Shown: positions 22,604 to 32,357, counted from the stretch's first letter. The stretch is 64,000 nucleotides of DNA from Terriglobia bacterium (GCA_963748015.1 CAVVHE010000004.1:1344001-1408000); one strand, 5' to 3'. A program made the numbers and translations. The notes: generated by a model not told the origin, from the sequence alone.

Positions 22604-23254
22604 TCAGCGAGGGCCACTCCTTCTCATCTTGAGGCCGGGGTGGACTCCGAGCCAGCGGGCGAGGTGCTCCACGAGGCGATCGATGCCAAGGGCCACCTCC
22701 TCCAGATCCCCCGTGCCCATGAACCCGGGGGTGAAGAGGGTCCGCCGCTCCTCGTCCACGACGACCTCGCCCGACGGGACCCACACGGGCTCCTGGTCGA
22801 GAGGCCGCCCCTGGTGACGCCTCAGAACCGCCTGGGCGAGCCCGAGCGCCGCCACGGGCGCCTTTCGCGCCGCGAGCGCCCCGAGCAGGGACGCGACCTC
22901 CGGGCGCACGTCGCCGAGCCCGAGCGGTCCGGACCCCGGCAGGCACAGGTTCTTGACGGTTCCCATGCCTCCGGGGATCACCAGGGCATCGAGGAGCGTC
23001 TCCGGCATCTCGTGGATCGGGGAGACGGCGCCGCGGGCGATGCGGGCCGCTTCGACCAGAACGCGCCGGGGCGGCACGCCGTCGAGCGCGTCGCCGGTGG
23101 AGTGGTCCACGACGTCGCGCTGCTCGACGTCGGGGGCCAGGAACGCCGCCTCCATGCACCGCCGCGACAGCGCCAGGGCGAGAAGGACCGTCTCCTGGAT
23201 CTCGGAGCCGTCGTAGGCTCCGCAGCCGGACAGGAGGACGCCGATGCGCCGCAT
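22604..23254 (-). CDS. elbB: ElbB/ES1-like DJ-1/PfpI-family protein
   Basis: IGVLLSGCGAYDGSEIQE, VLVEAARIARG, DALVIPGGMG.VKNL. Confidence 0.8.
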   Translation of the reverse strand: MRRIGVLLSGCGAYDGSEIQETVLLALALSRRCMEAAFLAPDVEQRDVVDHSTGDALDGVPPRRVLVEAARIARGAVSPIHEMPETLLDALVIPGGMGTVKNLCLPGSGPLGLGDVRPEVASLLGALAARKAPVAALGLAQAVLRRHQGRPLDQEPVWVPSGEVVVDEERRTLFTPGFMGTGDLEEVALGIDRLVEHLARWLGVHPGLKMRRSGPR

Positions 23255-23258
23255 GCGC

Positions 23259-24278
23259 TCAGGCGGAGGTTCCCCGCGACGCCGAGAGGAGGTCGGCGGC
23301 GCGGGCGATCACCTGGTCCGCGATCTCGTCGAGGCGGCCGTCGGTGACGATCCCCGATGCGTTGCGGTGCCCTCCCCCGCCGAACTCGCTCGCGAGCCGA
23401 TAGACGTCGACGATCCCCTTGGAGCGCAGCGACACCTTGATGCGCCCGTCCTGGAGCTCCCGGAACAGGAGGGCGACCTGCACTCCGTCGATCGCGAGGA
23501 GCGGCGTCGTCATCTCGGAGGTGTCCGCCCCTTCCGCGCCGCACTCCAGCTCGACGGCCCGCGGAACCCGGACCGACACGATCTTCCCGTCCGCGTCGAG
23601 GTGCAGGCCCGCGAGGGCGCGCCCGAGGAGGCGCGTCCAGGCCGGCGAGTTCCTCTCGAAGACCTCGCGGAAGCACCGGGCCGGCTCGATCCCCACGCGC
23701 AGTAGGGACGCGGCGATCTCGTGCGCGCGGGCCCGCGTGGAGTTGAAGCGGAAGAACCCGGTGTCGGTGGCGAGTCCGGCGTACAGCGCCTCGGCCGTGC
23801 CGGTGTCGAGCGCGTGCCCCGCGGCGACGATCAGCTCGTAGACCATCGCCGCGGTGGCGCTGGCGGTCTCGTCCAGGATCTCGTGCGCCCAGATCGTCCC
23901 CTGCGCGGGGTGGTGATCGATGCAGAGGACGTTCGACGCCAGCGAGCGGACGACAGGCTCCATCCGCCCCAGGCGATCGGGAGCGGAGTTGTCCAGGAGG
24001 ACGACGAGGTCGGCGGCGCCGAGCTCGGCGTCGTGGTCTTGCGGCTCGTACACCTCGACCGACGGCCCGCGCTCCTCGAGGTAGGCGAGGTTCCTCGGCG
24101 TCACTTCCTGGTTGACGATCTTCACCTCGCGGCCCGAGGCGGCGAGGAAACGGCCGAGGCCGATCTCGGAGCCGATCGCGTCGCCGTCCGGGTTCATGTG
24201 GGTGGTCAGAACCAGGCGGCGGCTCTTCTCGACGAGCCGCCGGAACAACTCGTGTCGCCCCGAGTCGAGCATCAGCAC
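23259..24278 (-). CDS. nrnA: DHH/DHHA1 phosphoesterase (nanoRNase)
   Basis: HMNPDGDAIGS, IDHH, TDTGFF, SLRSK, GGGGHRNASG. Confidence 0.88.
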   Translation of the reverse strand: MLMLDSGRHELFRRLVEKSRRLVLTTHMNPDGDAIGSEIGLGRFLAASGREVKIVNQEVTPRNLAYLEERGPSVEVYEPQDHDAELGAADLVVLLDNSAPDRLGRMEPVVRSLASNVLCIDHHPAQGTIWAHEILDETASATAAMVYELIVAAGHALDTGTAEALYAGLATDTGFFRFNSTRARAHEIAASLLRVGIEPARCFREVFERNSPAWTRLLGRALAGLHLDADGKIVSVRVPRAVELECGAEGADTSEMTTPLLAIDGVQVALLFRELQDGRIKVSLRSKGIVDVYRLASEFGGGGHRNASGIVTDGRLDEIADQVIARAADLLSASRGTSA

Positions 24279-24883
24279 GCGCTCCAGCCCGCCGGCCCCG
24301 AGTTACGCCCCCCACCGTAGGGCCCGCCGCCCACGCCGCCGTGCCGGTAGGCCTCGGCGCAGGCCCGGTACTCGTCCACGCCCTTCCGCATCCGCTCCAT
24401 CAAGACGGCGTCCACCTCACCCCGGATCTTGCCCGGCACGCCCGCGACGATCGCGCCGTCGGGCACCTCGAACCCCTCCCGCACCACCGTCCCCGCCGCC
24501 ACCAGCGCGCCGCGGCCGACGCGGCAGCCCGAGAGGAGCACGGCCCCCATTCCGATCAGCGCGTCGTCGCCCACGGTGCAACCGTGGACGACGCATCGGT
24601 GGGCGATGGTGACCCGGCTCCCGATCCGCACGGGAAGGTCGAAGTCCACGTGGAGCACGGAGAGATCCTGGATGTTCGTCGCCTCGCCGACCACGATCGG
24701 CTCGAGATCCGCCCGAAGCACGCACCCGTACCAGACCGAAGCGAAGGCGCCGAGGGTCACGTCTCCCACGACCACGGCTCCGGGTGCGACCCAGACGCTC
24801 GGGTGGATGTCGAGGCGGTTGGCGTGGAATCGCGGCGCAACGTCCGGACCGGAACCCACCGGCCCATCGCTCGTCGGCGGCAT
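24272..24883 (-). CDS. Gamma-carbonic anhydrase family protein
   Basis: VVGDVTLG..SVWYGCVLRAD..TNIQD..H..TIAH..VHGC. Confidence 0.9.
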   Translation of the reverse strand: MPPTSDGPVGSGPDVAPRFHANRLDIHPSVWVAPGAVVVGDVTLGAFASVWYGCVLRADLEPIVVGEATNIQDLSVLHVDFDLPVRIGSRVTIAHRCVVHGCTVGDDALIGMGAVLLSGCRVGRGALVAAGTVVREGFEVPDGAIVAGVPGKIRGEVDAVLMERMRKGVDEYRACAEAYRHGGVGGGPYGGGRNSGPAGWSAC

Positions 24884-24945
24884 GTGGCGGTCTCCTCGGG
24901 CGGCCTCGGAAAAGCCGGGAAGCGTAGCGCCGTGGCGCGCGGGTG

Positions 24946-25545
24946 TCAAGCCGTTTTCGCGCCCGGGGAGCGCCCCCCGGGAGAAGCGGGAGAGCGATCG
25001 AGGAGGGCCTTCAGGATGAGAGCCTGGTAATGCGCGTCGTAGTCCGCCCGGTGGGTGAGCGCGGGATCCTGCGGCGGGAGGGCGAGCAGCCGCTCGAGCC
25101 GCTCCTTCGAGGTCTCGTTCCACGAAATCCCGAGCCGCCCCATCGCGAGGCTCTTGCTGTCGATTCCCTTGTAGCCGAACGGGTTCTCGACCCCGAAGTG
25201 GACGAAGTAGTACGCGAGGTACGACCAGTCGAACACGGCATTGTGGCCGACGAAGACCGGGCGGTCCGCGGACGGCCGGTTGCGCTCGAGCACCCAGTCG
25301 CGGAGGCGCGCCAGAGCCTCCCGCGGCTCGAGCCCCTCGCTGCGCAACCGCTCCACGTCGAGGCCGCACACCGCCAGCGCCTCCGGGTCGAATCCGGGGA
25401 AGACCGGCTTCAGCTCGAGGTAGAGCGACTCGCCGAGCTCGTGGTGGCCCCCCGCGGGGCGCACCACGGTGACGCCGACCGACAGGAGGTTGAACAGCGG
25501 GGGAACCGGCCCCGACGCCTCGCAGTCCAGGCAGAAGTAGATCAT
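24946..25545 (-). CDS. DEDD 3'-5' exonuclease
   Basis: LDCEASG, HNAVFDW, THRADYDA. Confidence 0.85.
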   Translation of the reverse strand: MIYFCLDCEASGPVPPLFNLLSVGVTVVRPAGGHHELGESLYLELKPVFPGFDPEALAVCGLDVERLRSEGLEPREALARLRDWVLERNRPSADRPVFVGHNAVFDWSYLAYYFVHFGVENPFGYKGIDSKSLAMGRLGISWNETSKERLERLLALPPQDPALTHRADYDAHYQALILKALLDRSPASPGGRSPGAKTA

Positions 25546-25555
25546 CGCTGGCTCC

Positions 25556-27220
25556 TCAGAACGTCTCGCGCGCGGAGACGTAGAGCTGGAACTTCTTGAT
25601 CGTCGGATCGCCGTCGAGCGCGTAGGCGAGATCGATGTGGGCCATCGTCGCGCCCGACGAGCGGCTCGACGCCAGTCTCAGCCCCAAGCCGACGTCCTTC
25701 AGGACGCCGAGGTCGTCGTGGCCCGGCTCCCCGGCGAACCAGGCCCTCCCCGCGTCGGCGAAGACCGCGGCCCCGACGCGCATCAGCTTGAGGACCTCCC
25801 AGTCGGTGTAGAAACGCTGCTCGACCGTCAGGAGGACGCGGCGGTTCCCGTCCTGGTAGCGGAGGGGATAGCCCCGGAGCCCGGTGTCGCCGCCAAGGAG
25901 CAGCTGGCTCTCGCGGTCGAGGTTGTAGGCCATGTCGCCCCGGAGCGAGGCGTAGAAGTTGTGGCGCCCGAGGTCTCGCAGGTACAAACGCGCTCCCAAC
26001 CCCGCCCACACGTTCTCGAACCCGTCGCTCGCGCGACGGCCGGACATCTCCGCCGACGCGAGAACCATGCCGCCGGGGGCCAGGCCGAGCCCCACGCGGT
26101 ACGAGCCCTCGAAGATCGCGCGGCCCCGATCCGATCCGAACGCGGGGGCGGCCCATCCGATTCTCGCGTGCCCCTCTCGCGCCAGGTTGAGATCCTCGGT
26201 CCGCTTGATCTTGTCGAGGTCCTGGAGCGTGATGAACCCGTCCTGGACGGAATCGAACGCGATCCAAGGGTAGGCGAGAGTCCGGTCGCTCGGGAACGGG
26301 TCCGGCGGCCGCTCGCCGGGGACGGGGCTGAACGTCTCCCGGTCGAACGAGAAACCCGCGCTGTAGCGCGCCGCCCTCCCCCCCACGAGCCCGCGCGAGA
26401 ACCCGGCATGCACGGTCGCCGTGTCGCTCGACCGGTAAAAGCGGGCGACCGCGTAACCGAGCTCGTACAGTGGCTCCACGCTGTCGTTGCGGTCGTACGT
26501 GCCGCCCACGGCCCACCGCGTATCGAGCGAGTAAAACGGCCGCTCTACGTAGACGTACTGCTCGTAGCCGTCGCTGTTGTCCGCGTAGGCCAGCGCCGCC
26601 TGGACCCGGCTCCCGAGGACCGAGGGGTCTCTGTACGCGTAGGTTCGCGAAACGCGGTCGACGTCCCGCGTGTGGTGAATGGCGACGCTCTTGCCGTACC
26701 CGAGGAAGTTCATCTCCTCGAGTCCGATCGAGGTTCGGTTGGCCCCGCCCTTCCGTGAGAAATTGAACCCGAACCTGAGCGTCCAGACGTCGCGAACGGC
26801 GACCTCGACGTCCACGACGCCATCCCGGTACCCCACCGGACGGATCTTCGCGTCGTAGAGGAATCCGAGGCCCCGCAGGAGGCGCGCGGACTCCTCGCAA
26901 AGGCGGCGCGAGTACGCGTCTCCCTCCTTGAAGAGGAGCTGGCGGCGGATCACCGAGTCCTTGGTCTTGACGTGGACGAAATTCGCGGCGCGAAAGACGG
27001 CGTTGTCCTCGCCGGGCTTGGTGGGATCGAAGATGTCGGCGACGATCACGCGGATCTCGCCGACCACCGCGCGTTCCGCCTCCAGGGTGGCGTCGTCGGG
27101 GAGCGACGCGACAGGCTCAACCGCGGCGTGCCCAGGCGGCCCCCCCTCCTCGGCCCGCGCGAAGGACACGGCGAGCGTCAGGAGCGCCGCCGCGGCCGCC
27201 GCGCGCGCCATCGTGCCCAT
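25556..27220 (-). CDS. BamA/TamA-like outer-membrane beta-barrel protein with POTRA domain
   Basis: Signal peptide; TKDSVIRRQLLFKEGD; LGGDTGLRGYP; FADAGRAW; C-terminal Phe. Confidence 0.85.
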   Translation of the reverse strand: MGTMARAAAAAALLTLAVSFARAEEGGPPGHAAVEPVASLPDDATLEAERAVVGEIRVIVADIFDPTKPGEDNAVFRAANFVHVKTKDSVIRRQLLFKEGDAYSRRLCEESARLLRGLGFLYDAKIRPVGYRDGVVDVEVAVRDVWTLRFGFNFSRKGGANRTSIGLEEMNFLGYGKSVAIHHTRDVDRVSRTYAYRDPSVLGSRVQAALAYADNSDGYEQYVYVERPFYSLDTRWAVGGTYDRNDSVEPLYELGYAVARFYRSSDTATVHAGFSRGLVGGRAARYSAGFSFDRETFSPVPGERPPDPFPSDRTLAYPWIAFDSVQDGFITLQDLDKIKRTEDLNLAREGHARIGWAAPAFGSDRGRAIFEGSYRVGLGLAPGGMVLASAEMSGRRASDGFENVWAGLGARLYLRDLGRHNFYASLRGDMAYNLDRESQLLLGGDTGLRGYPLRYQDGNRRVLLTVEQRFYTDWEVLKLMRVGAAVFADAGRAWFAGEPGHDDLGVLKDVGLGLRLASSRSSGATMAHIDLAYALDGDPTIKKFQLYVSARETF

Positions 27221-27462
27221 GCGGGGCCCGCCCCACGGGGGACGCGATCGGCGCGGCGTCGGCTCCAGCATCGATCCGAATGATATGTGATGTGCCCTCC
27301 CCTCGCGCGCCGCCGGCCGTCCCCCGCCCCGAAATCGCCCGAAACGGTCCCCAGACTCCCGGTGGTCGACACCCCATTGATTCTCCGGGTAGCCGGTGCG
27401 AGAATGTCCCACCATCGAGATCCATCCTGCCTTGCACTCCAGAGTTTCGAAGGAGGTTCGGC

Positions 27463-29178
27463 ATGTCGGAGCGCTTGTCCCACGACGTCCTCATCCTGGG
27501 GGCGGGCCTGGCCGGGCTTCGCGCGGCCGTCGAGATCTCCCGCCGCCTCGACGGGAAGGTGAACATCGGCATCGTCTCCAAGGTCCAGCTGATGCGCGCC
27601 CACTCGGTGTGCGCGGAGGGCGGGACCGCGGCGGTGCTGCGGACCGAGGAGGGGGACTCGCTCGACCTCCACGCCTGGGACACGGTCAAGGGGTCGGACT
27701 TCCTGGCCGACCAGGACGTCGTCCGGAGGTTCGTCGAGGCGATACCCGGGGAGATCCACCAGCTCGACCACTGGGGCATCCCGTGGACGCGCGATGCCAA
27801 CGGACGGATCGAGCAGCGCCCGTTCGGCGGCCACTCCTTCCCGCGGGCGACCCTCGCCGCGGACAAGACCGGCTTCTTCGAGATGCAGACCCTCTACGAC
27901 ACCCTCCTCCGGTACAAGTGCTTCACGCGCTACGACGAGCTGTTCGTCACGGACATCCTGGTGGAGAACGGGCGGTTCTCGGCGATCCTCGGCATCCACG
28001 CGCCGAGCGGGGAGCGGGTGATCCTGCAGGCGAAGGCGCTGCTGATCGCGACGGGCGGCGGCGGCACGCTTTACGGGTTCACCACCTACTCGCAGACCGT
28101 CACCGGCGACGGGATGGCGATGGCCTACCGGGCGGGGCTCCCCCTCGAGGACATGGAGTTCCTGCAGTTCCACCCGACGGGACTCGTCCCCTCCGGCATC
28201 CTGATGACCGAGGGGTGCCGGGGGGAGGGCGGTTATCTCAAGAACAACAAGGGCGAGCGTTTCATGGAGCGCTACGCGGCGTCCAAGATGGAGCTCGCCC
28301 CGCGGGACATGGTGTCGCGGGCGGAGACGACCGAGATCCTCGAAGGGCGCGGCTTCGAGGGATCGGACGGCCTGGGCTACCTGCACCTCGACCTGACGCA
28401 TCTCGGCGCCGAGAAGATCAACACGCGCCTGCCCCTCATCCGGGAAGTCTGCATCAAGTTCCTCGACCTCGACCCGATCCTGAAGCCGATCCCGATCCGG
28501 CCCGTAGCGCACTACTCGATGGGGGGGATCGAGACCGACATCAACGGCGCCACGCGCGTCCCCGGAATCTGGGCGGCGGGCGAGGCCGCGGCGGTGTCCC
28601 TCCACGGCGCGAATCGCCTCGGATCCAATTCCACCGGTGAGTGTCTCGTGTGGGGCGGCATCACGGGAAGCGAGATCGCGACCGCGCTCCCCCGCCTCCC
28701 GGCCCCTCCCCCACCCTCGGACGCCAAGGTCAAGGCGGCCGACGGGCACCTCGCCGAGTGGCTGAAGCGGGAGGGGAAGGAGAATCTCTACGAGCTGCGG
28801 CGCGAGCTCCGGGCCGCGATGGATCGCCACGTCGGCGTGTACAGGACGCCCGACGGGCTCGAGAAGGCCCTGGCCACGATCCGCGCGATCCGCGAGAAGT
28901 CGCGGCAGGCACCGGTTCGCGACAAGGGGAAGCTCTACAACTCGAACCTGTTCCACGCCCTCGAGCTCGAGAACCTCGTGGATCTCGCCGAGGTCACGGT
29001 GGCCGGGGCGATCGCGCGGCAGGAGTCGCGCGGCGCCCACGCGCGGCGGGACTTCACGACGCGCGACGACGAGAAGTGGCTGAAGCACACCATGGCGTGG
29101 GCCGCCGAGAAGGGACCTCGCCTCGACTACAAGCCGGTCACGATGAACATGTGGAAGCCCGTGGAGAGGAAGTACTGA
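27463..29178 (+). CDS. sdhA: Succinate dehydrogenase/fumarate reductase flavoprotein
   Basis: AGGAGG RBS; GAGLAG, RAHSVCAEGG, QFHPTG, HYSMGG, HGANRLGSNS, ESRGAH. Confidence 0.95.
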   Translation: MSERLSHDVLILGAGLAGLRAAVEISRRLDGKVNIGIVSKVQLMRAHSVCAEGGTAAVLRTEEGDSLDLHAWDTVKGSDFLADQDVVRRFVEAIPGEIHQLDHWGIPWTRDANGRIEQRPFGGHSFPRATLAADKTGFFEMQTLYDTLLRYKCFTRYDELFVTDILVENGRFSAILGIHAPSGERVILQAKALLIATGGGGTLYGFTTYSQTVTGDGMAMAYRAGLPLEDMEFLQFHPTGLVPSGILMTEGCRGEGGYLKNNKGERFMERYAASKMELAPRDMVSRAETTEILEGRGFEGSDGLGYLHLDLTHLGAEKINTRLPLIREVCIKFLDLDPILKPIPIRPVAHYSMGGIETDINGATRVPGIWAAGEAAAVSLHGANRLGSNSTGECLVWGGITGSEIATALPRLPAPPPPSDAKVKAADGHLAEWLKREGKENLYELRRELRAAMDRHVGVYRTPDGLEKALATIRAIREKSRQAPVRDKGKLYNSNLFHALELENLVDLAEVTVAGAIARQESRGAHARRDFTTRDDEKWLKHTMAWAAEKGPRLDYKPVTMNMWKPVERKY

Positions 29179-29191
29179 TCCGGAGGACACC

Positions 29192-29626
29192 ATGCCGAGA
29201 GTCCAAGGGTATCCGAACCGCCTGGGAGTCAAGGGCTGGGTGGGGGGCGGCCGCTGGGGACTTGAGCGGTACCTCTACACCGTGCACCGGCTCACCGGGC
29301 TCGGGCTGCTGTTCTACTTCCTGTTGCACATCCTCGTGACCACCTCCCGGGCCTTCGGGCCGGAGTCGTGGGAGAAGGCGATGGGGGCGGTGACCGGGCC
29401 GATGTTCAAGGTCGGCGAGTACCTGGTCTTCGCCGCGTTCGCCTTCCACGCGATGAACGGCATCCGGCTCGTGATCGTGGAGCTGGGCTGGGGGGTGGGC
29501 AAGCCGATCGAGCCGGTCTACCCGTACAAGACGTCGGTCGACGTCCAGCGCGCGCTGGCGATCGTCGCGCTCCTGGTCGCCGCGGTCATCGCGGCCCTGG
29601 GCGCCGCCGATCTGTTGATGGATTAG
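29192..29626 (+). CDS. sdhC: Succinate dehydrogenase membrane subunit
   Basis: HRLTG, FHAMNGIR, three TM helices. Confidence 0.85.
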   Translation: MPRVQGYPNRLGVKGWVGGGRWGLERYLYTVHRLTGLGLLFYFLLHILVTTSRAFGPESWEKAMGAVTGPMFKVGEYLVFAAFAFHAMNGIRLVIVELGWGVGKPIEPVYPYKTSVDVQRALAIVALLVAAVIAALGAADLLMD

Positions 29627-29636
29627 GAGGCCGGCG

Positions 29637-30020
29637 ATGATGCGAGATCAAAAGCTCTGGACCTGGCACGTGGCGGCCGGCCTCGTGATCCTGGTGCTTC
29701 TCGGCCTGCACATGCTCATCATGCACCTCGACGCGATCGTCAAGATCACGTCCCTGAACCCGGCCGGCGGCGAGCCCATCGAATGGAAGAACGTCGTCGC
29801 CCGCGGCAAGACCGTGTTCTTCGCGGTCACCTACGTGCTCCTGCTCGGCGCGGCGCTCTTCCACGGCCTTTACGGCCTGAGGAACATCCTCTTCGAGATG
29901 AACCCCGGGGCCGGCCTCAAGAAGGCTCTGTCGGCGGCGCTGCTGATCGTGGGACTCGGTCTATTCGTCCTGGGAACCTGGGCGGCGGTGGCCAGCTTCA
30001 ACCTGGCCCGGACGCTGTGA
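29637..30020 (+). CDS. sdhD: Succinate dehydrogenase hydrophobic anchor
   Basis: Three TM helices; FHGLYGLRNILFE. Confidence 0.8.
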   Translation: MMRDQKLWTWHVAAGLVILVLLGLHMLIMHLDAIVKITSLNPAGGEPIEWKNVVARGKTVFFAVTYVLLLGAALFHGLYGLRNILFEMNPGAGLKKALSAALLIVGLGLFVLGTWAAVASFNLARTL

Positions 30021-30031
30021 GGGGAGCGGCG

Positions 30032-30859
30032 ATGAGCGACGCGAACGCGAAGACGATCCTCTACCGGGTCCGGCGGTACGATCCCGCGAGGGAACCCGCC
30101 CCGAGATGGCAGGACTTCACGATCCCCCGCGTGCCGGGGATGACCGTGCTCGACGGGCTGTGGACGATCAAGGAGACCCACGACGCCACCCTCGCCTGGC
30201 GGTCCTCCTGCAGGATGGGCGTCTGCGGCTCCTGCGGGATGATGATCAACGGCAAGCCGCGCCTGGGCTGCAACACGCAGGTCTCGGAGCTGTCTTCGGA
30301 CGTGGTGGCGGTCGCTCCCCTGCCCAACTTCGACATCATCCGCGACCTCGTCCCGGACCTCGCTCCGATGTTCGACGCGCACGCGGCGCTCCAGCCCTAC
30401 GTGATCCGCGGGGACGTGAAGGAGCGGGAGAACCCCTCCGGCGAGTTCGGGCAGTCCATGCACGAGCTGGAGCAGTACCTGCAATTCTCCTATTGCATCA
30501 AGTGCGGCTGCTGCATGGCGGCCTGTCCGACGTACGCGACCGACCCCGTCTACTCGGGGCCGATGCCGCTTGCACAGGCGCACCGCTACAACACCGACAC
30601 GCGCGACGACGGCTTCGCGGCGAGGAAAGAGGTGCTCGGAGGCGAGCGCGGGCCCTGGCGCTGCCACTTCGCCGGCGAGTGCTCGCGAGTCTGCCCGAAG
30701 GGCGTCGACCCCGCGAAGGCGATCCAGCTGATGAAGCGCGAGCTGGTGCTCGACTACATCCGCCTACGGAAAGGTCACGCGCCGGCCCAGGTGACCCCGA
30801 AGCCCAAGGAAGGCAAGCGGCGTCCGGACGTGCCCGAGGCGCCCGCCAAGACGCTTTAG
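30032..30859 (+). CDS. sdhB: Succinate dehydrogenase iron-sulfur subunit
   Basis: SCRMGVCGSC, CIKCGCCMAACP, CHFAGECSRVCPKG. Confidence 0.95.
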   Translation: MSDANAKTILYRVRRYDPAREPAPRWQDFTIPRVPGMTVLDGLWTIKETHDATLAWRSSCRMGVCGSCGMMINGKPRLGCNTQVSELSSDVVAVAPLPNFDIIRDLVPDLAPMFDAHAALQPYVIRGDVKERENPSGEFGQSMHELEQYLQFSYCIKCGCCMAACPTYATDPVYSGPMPLAQAHRYNTDTRDDGFAARKEVLGGERGPWRCHFAGECSRVCPKGVDPAKAIQLMKRELVLDYIRLRKGHAPAQVTPKPKEGKRRPDVPEAPAKTL

Positions 30860-30869
30860 GAGCGCGGCG

Positions 30870-32054
30870 ATCGTCGTCACGGGCCTCGAAGTTCTCCTCG
30901 GGGACGGCCCCGGTGCCGCCGGCCTCGGCTCGGGTGCACGGATCGGCCTGGTCGCCCACCCCGCCTCCGTGGACCGCTCGGTCCGGCACGCGGCGGACCT
31001 GCTTGCCCGGCATCCGGGTTTTCGCCTGATACGCCTCTTCGGACCGGAGCACGGGCTGAGGGGTGAGGCTCAGGACATGGAGCCGGTCTCGGGCGGAGCC
31101 GACCCCGAGACCGGGCTGCCGGTGACGAGCCTGTACGGGTCGGACCCGAGATCGCTCCGGCCGAGGGCCGAGGAGCTCGAGGGGCTCGACGCGATCCTCT
31201 GCGACCTGCAGGACGTCGGGAGCCGCTACTACACGTTCATCTACACGATGGCTCACGTGATGGAGGCGGCGGCCGAGGCCGGCATTCCCGCCGTGGTCCT
31301 CGACCGGCCCAATCCTATCGGCGGGGCGGCGATGGAGGGGCCGGTGCTCGAGCCGGCCCTCGCGTCGTTCGTCGGCCGCTATCCCCTTCCCGTCCGGCAC
31401 GGCATGACCCCGGCGGAACTGGCGCATCTGTTCAACGACGCGTTCGGCATCCGCTGCGACCTCCGTGCCGTCCCGATGCGCGGATGGACCCGCAGGATGC
31501 GCTTCGAGGACACGGGCCTTCCCTGGGTCGCGCCGTCCCCGAACATGCCGTCCCCCGCGACGGCCGAGGTGTATCCCGGCGGCTGCCTCGTCGAGGGAAC
31601 GAACCTCTCCGAAGGGCGCGGCACGACGCGCCCGTTCGAGCTCGTCGGCGCGCCGTGGCTTCCCGCGAGGCCGCTCGCCGAGTCGCTCGCGAAGGAGGCG
31701 CCGGACGGCGCCCTGTTCCGTGCGACGTCCTTCAGGCCGTCGTTCCACAAGCACGCGGGGAAGAGCTGCGGCGGCGTCCAGGTCCACGTCACCGACCGCG
31801 AATCGTTCCGCCCGTTCGCGACCTACCTGGTTCTCCTGAGGGAGGCGCGGCGCTTGGCACCGGACTCGTTCGGCTGGCGCCGCGAGCCGTACGAGTTCGA
31901 GAAGGACCGCCTGGCGATCGATCTCCTGCTCGGGCGCGCGGACCTGCGCGACATGATCGAGGACGGCGCTCCGCTGGCGGAGATGGAAGCCACGTGGGAG
32001 CACGAGATCGAGGCCTTCGGCCGGCTACGCGGGCGATTCCTGCTTTACGCCTGA
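30870..32054 (+). CDS. DUF1343 exo-beta-N-acetylmuramidase (NamZ-like), apparent ATC start
   Basis: VTGLEVL..RIGLVAHPASVD, FGPEHG, DLQDVGSRYYTF, DRPNP, RHGMT, PSPNMP, EGTNLSEGRGT. Confidence 0.9.
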   Translation: MVVTGLEVLLGDGPGAAGLGSGARIGLVAHPASVDRSVRHAADLLARHPGFRLIRLFGPEHGLRGEAQDMEPVSGGADPETGLPVTSLYGSDPRSLRPRAEELEGLDAILCDLQDVGSRYYTFIYTMAHVMEAAAEAGIPAVVLDRPNPIGGAAMEGPVLEPALASFVGRYPLPVRHGMTPAELAHLFNDAFGIRCDLRAVPMRGWTRRMRFEDTGLPWVAPSPNMPSPATAEVYPGGCLVEGTNLSEGRGTTRPFELVGAPWLPARPLAESLAKEAPDGALFRATSFRPSFHKHAGKSCGGVQVHVTDRESFRPFATYLVLLREARRLAPDSFGWRREPYEFEKDRLAIDLLLGRADLRDMIEDGAPLAEMEATWEHEIEAFGRLRGRFLLYA

Positions 32055-32118
32055 CGGCCGAAGAGGGACGGCCACCCGGCGCGGCAACTGTCCCTCGCAA
32101 CGGTTGCAGTCCCTACCC

Positions 32119-32167
32119 AAAAAAAATGACAGGGCGGGACCGAGTGCTCGAAGCACCCGGCCCGCCT
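32119..32167 (-). terminator. Intrinsic terminator
   Basis: GC-rich stem-loop followed by GUCA-U8. Confidence 0.65.
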
Positions 32168-32278
32168 CCGTCTGGGCCCAACTCGCGCGGAGGGTAGTGG
32201 GGGGCTTGCCTCCGCGTCTCGGGCCCGAGTCCGGTAACGGCGGCCGCCCCCGAAGGGCCGACCACCGTCCCGGTAACT
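32119..32278 (-). ncRNA. Candidate structured small RNA (three hairpins and a U-tail)
   Basis: Hairpins at 32231-32273 (cUUCGg loop), 32174-32226 (C-rich loop) and 32131-32167, then U8. Confidence 0.55.
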
Positions 32279-32284
32279 CCACTT

Positions 32285-32309
32285 TACGCCGATTCCCGCG
32301 ATGGGGTTC
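32285..32309 (-). promoter_or_regulatory. Candidate ECF-sigma promoter
   Basis: GAACC-16 bp-CGTA just upstream of the first hairpin. Confidence 0.4.
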
Positions 32310-32357
32310 GGCGCTCCTACGGGTTCTCGCGGACGGGCAAACCGCAGCGCCAAGAGC

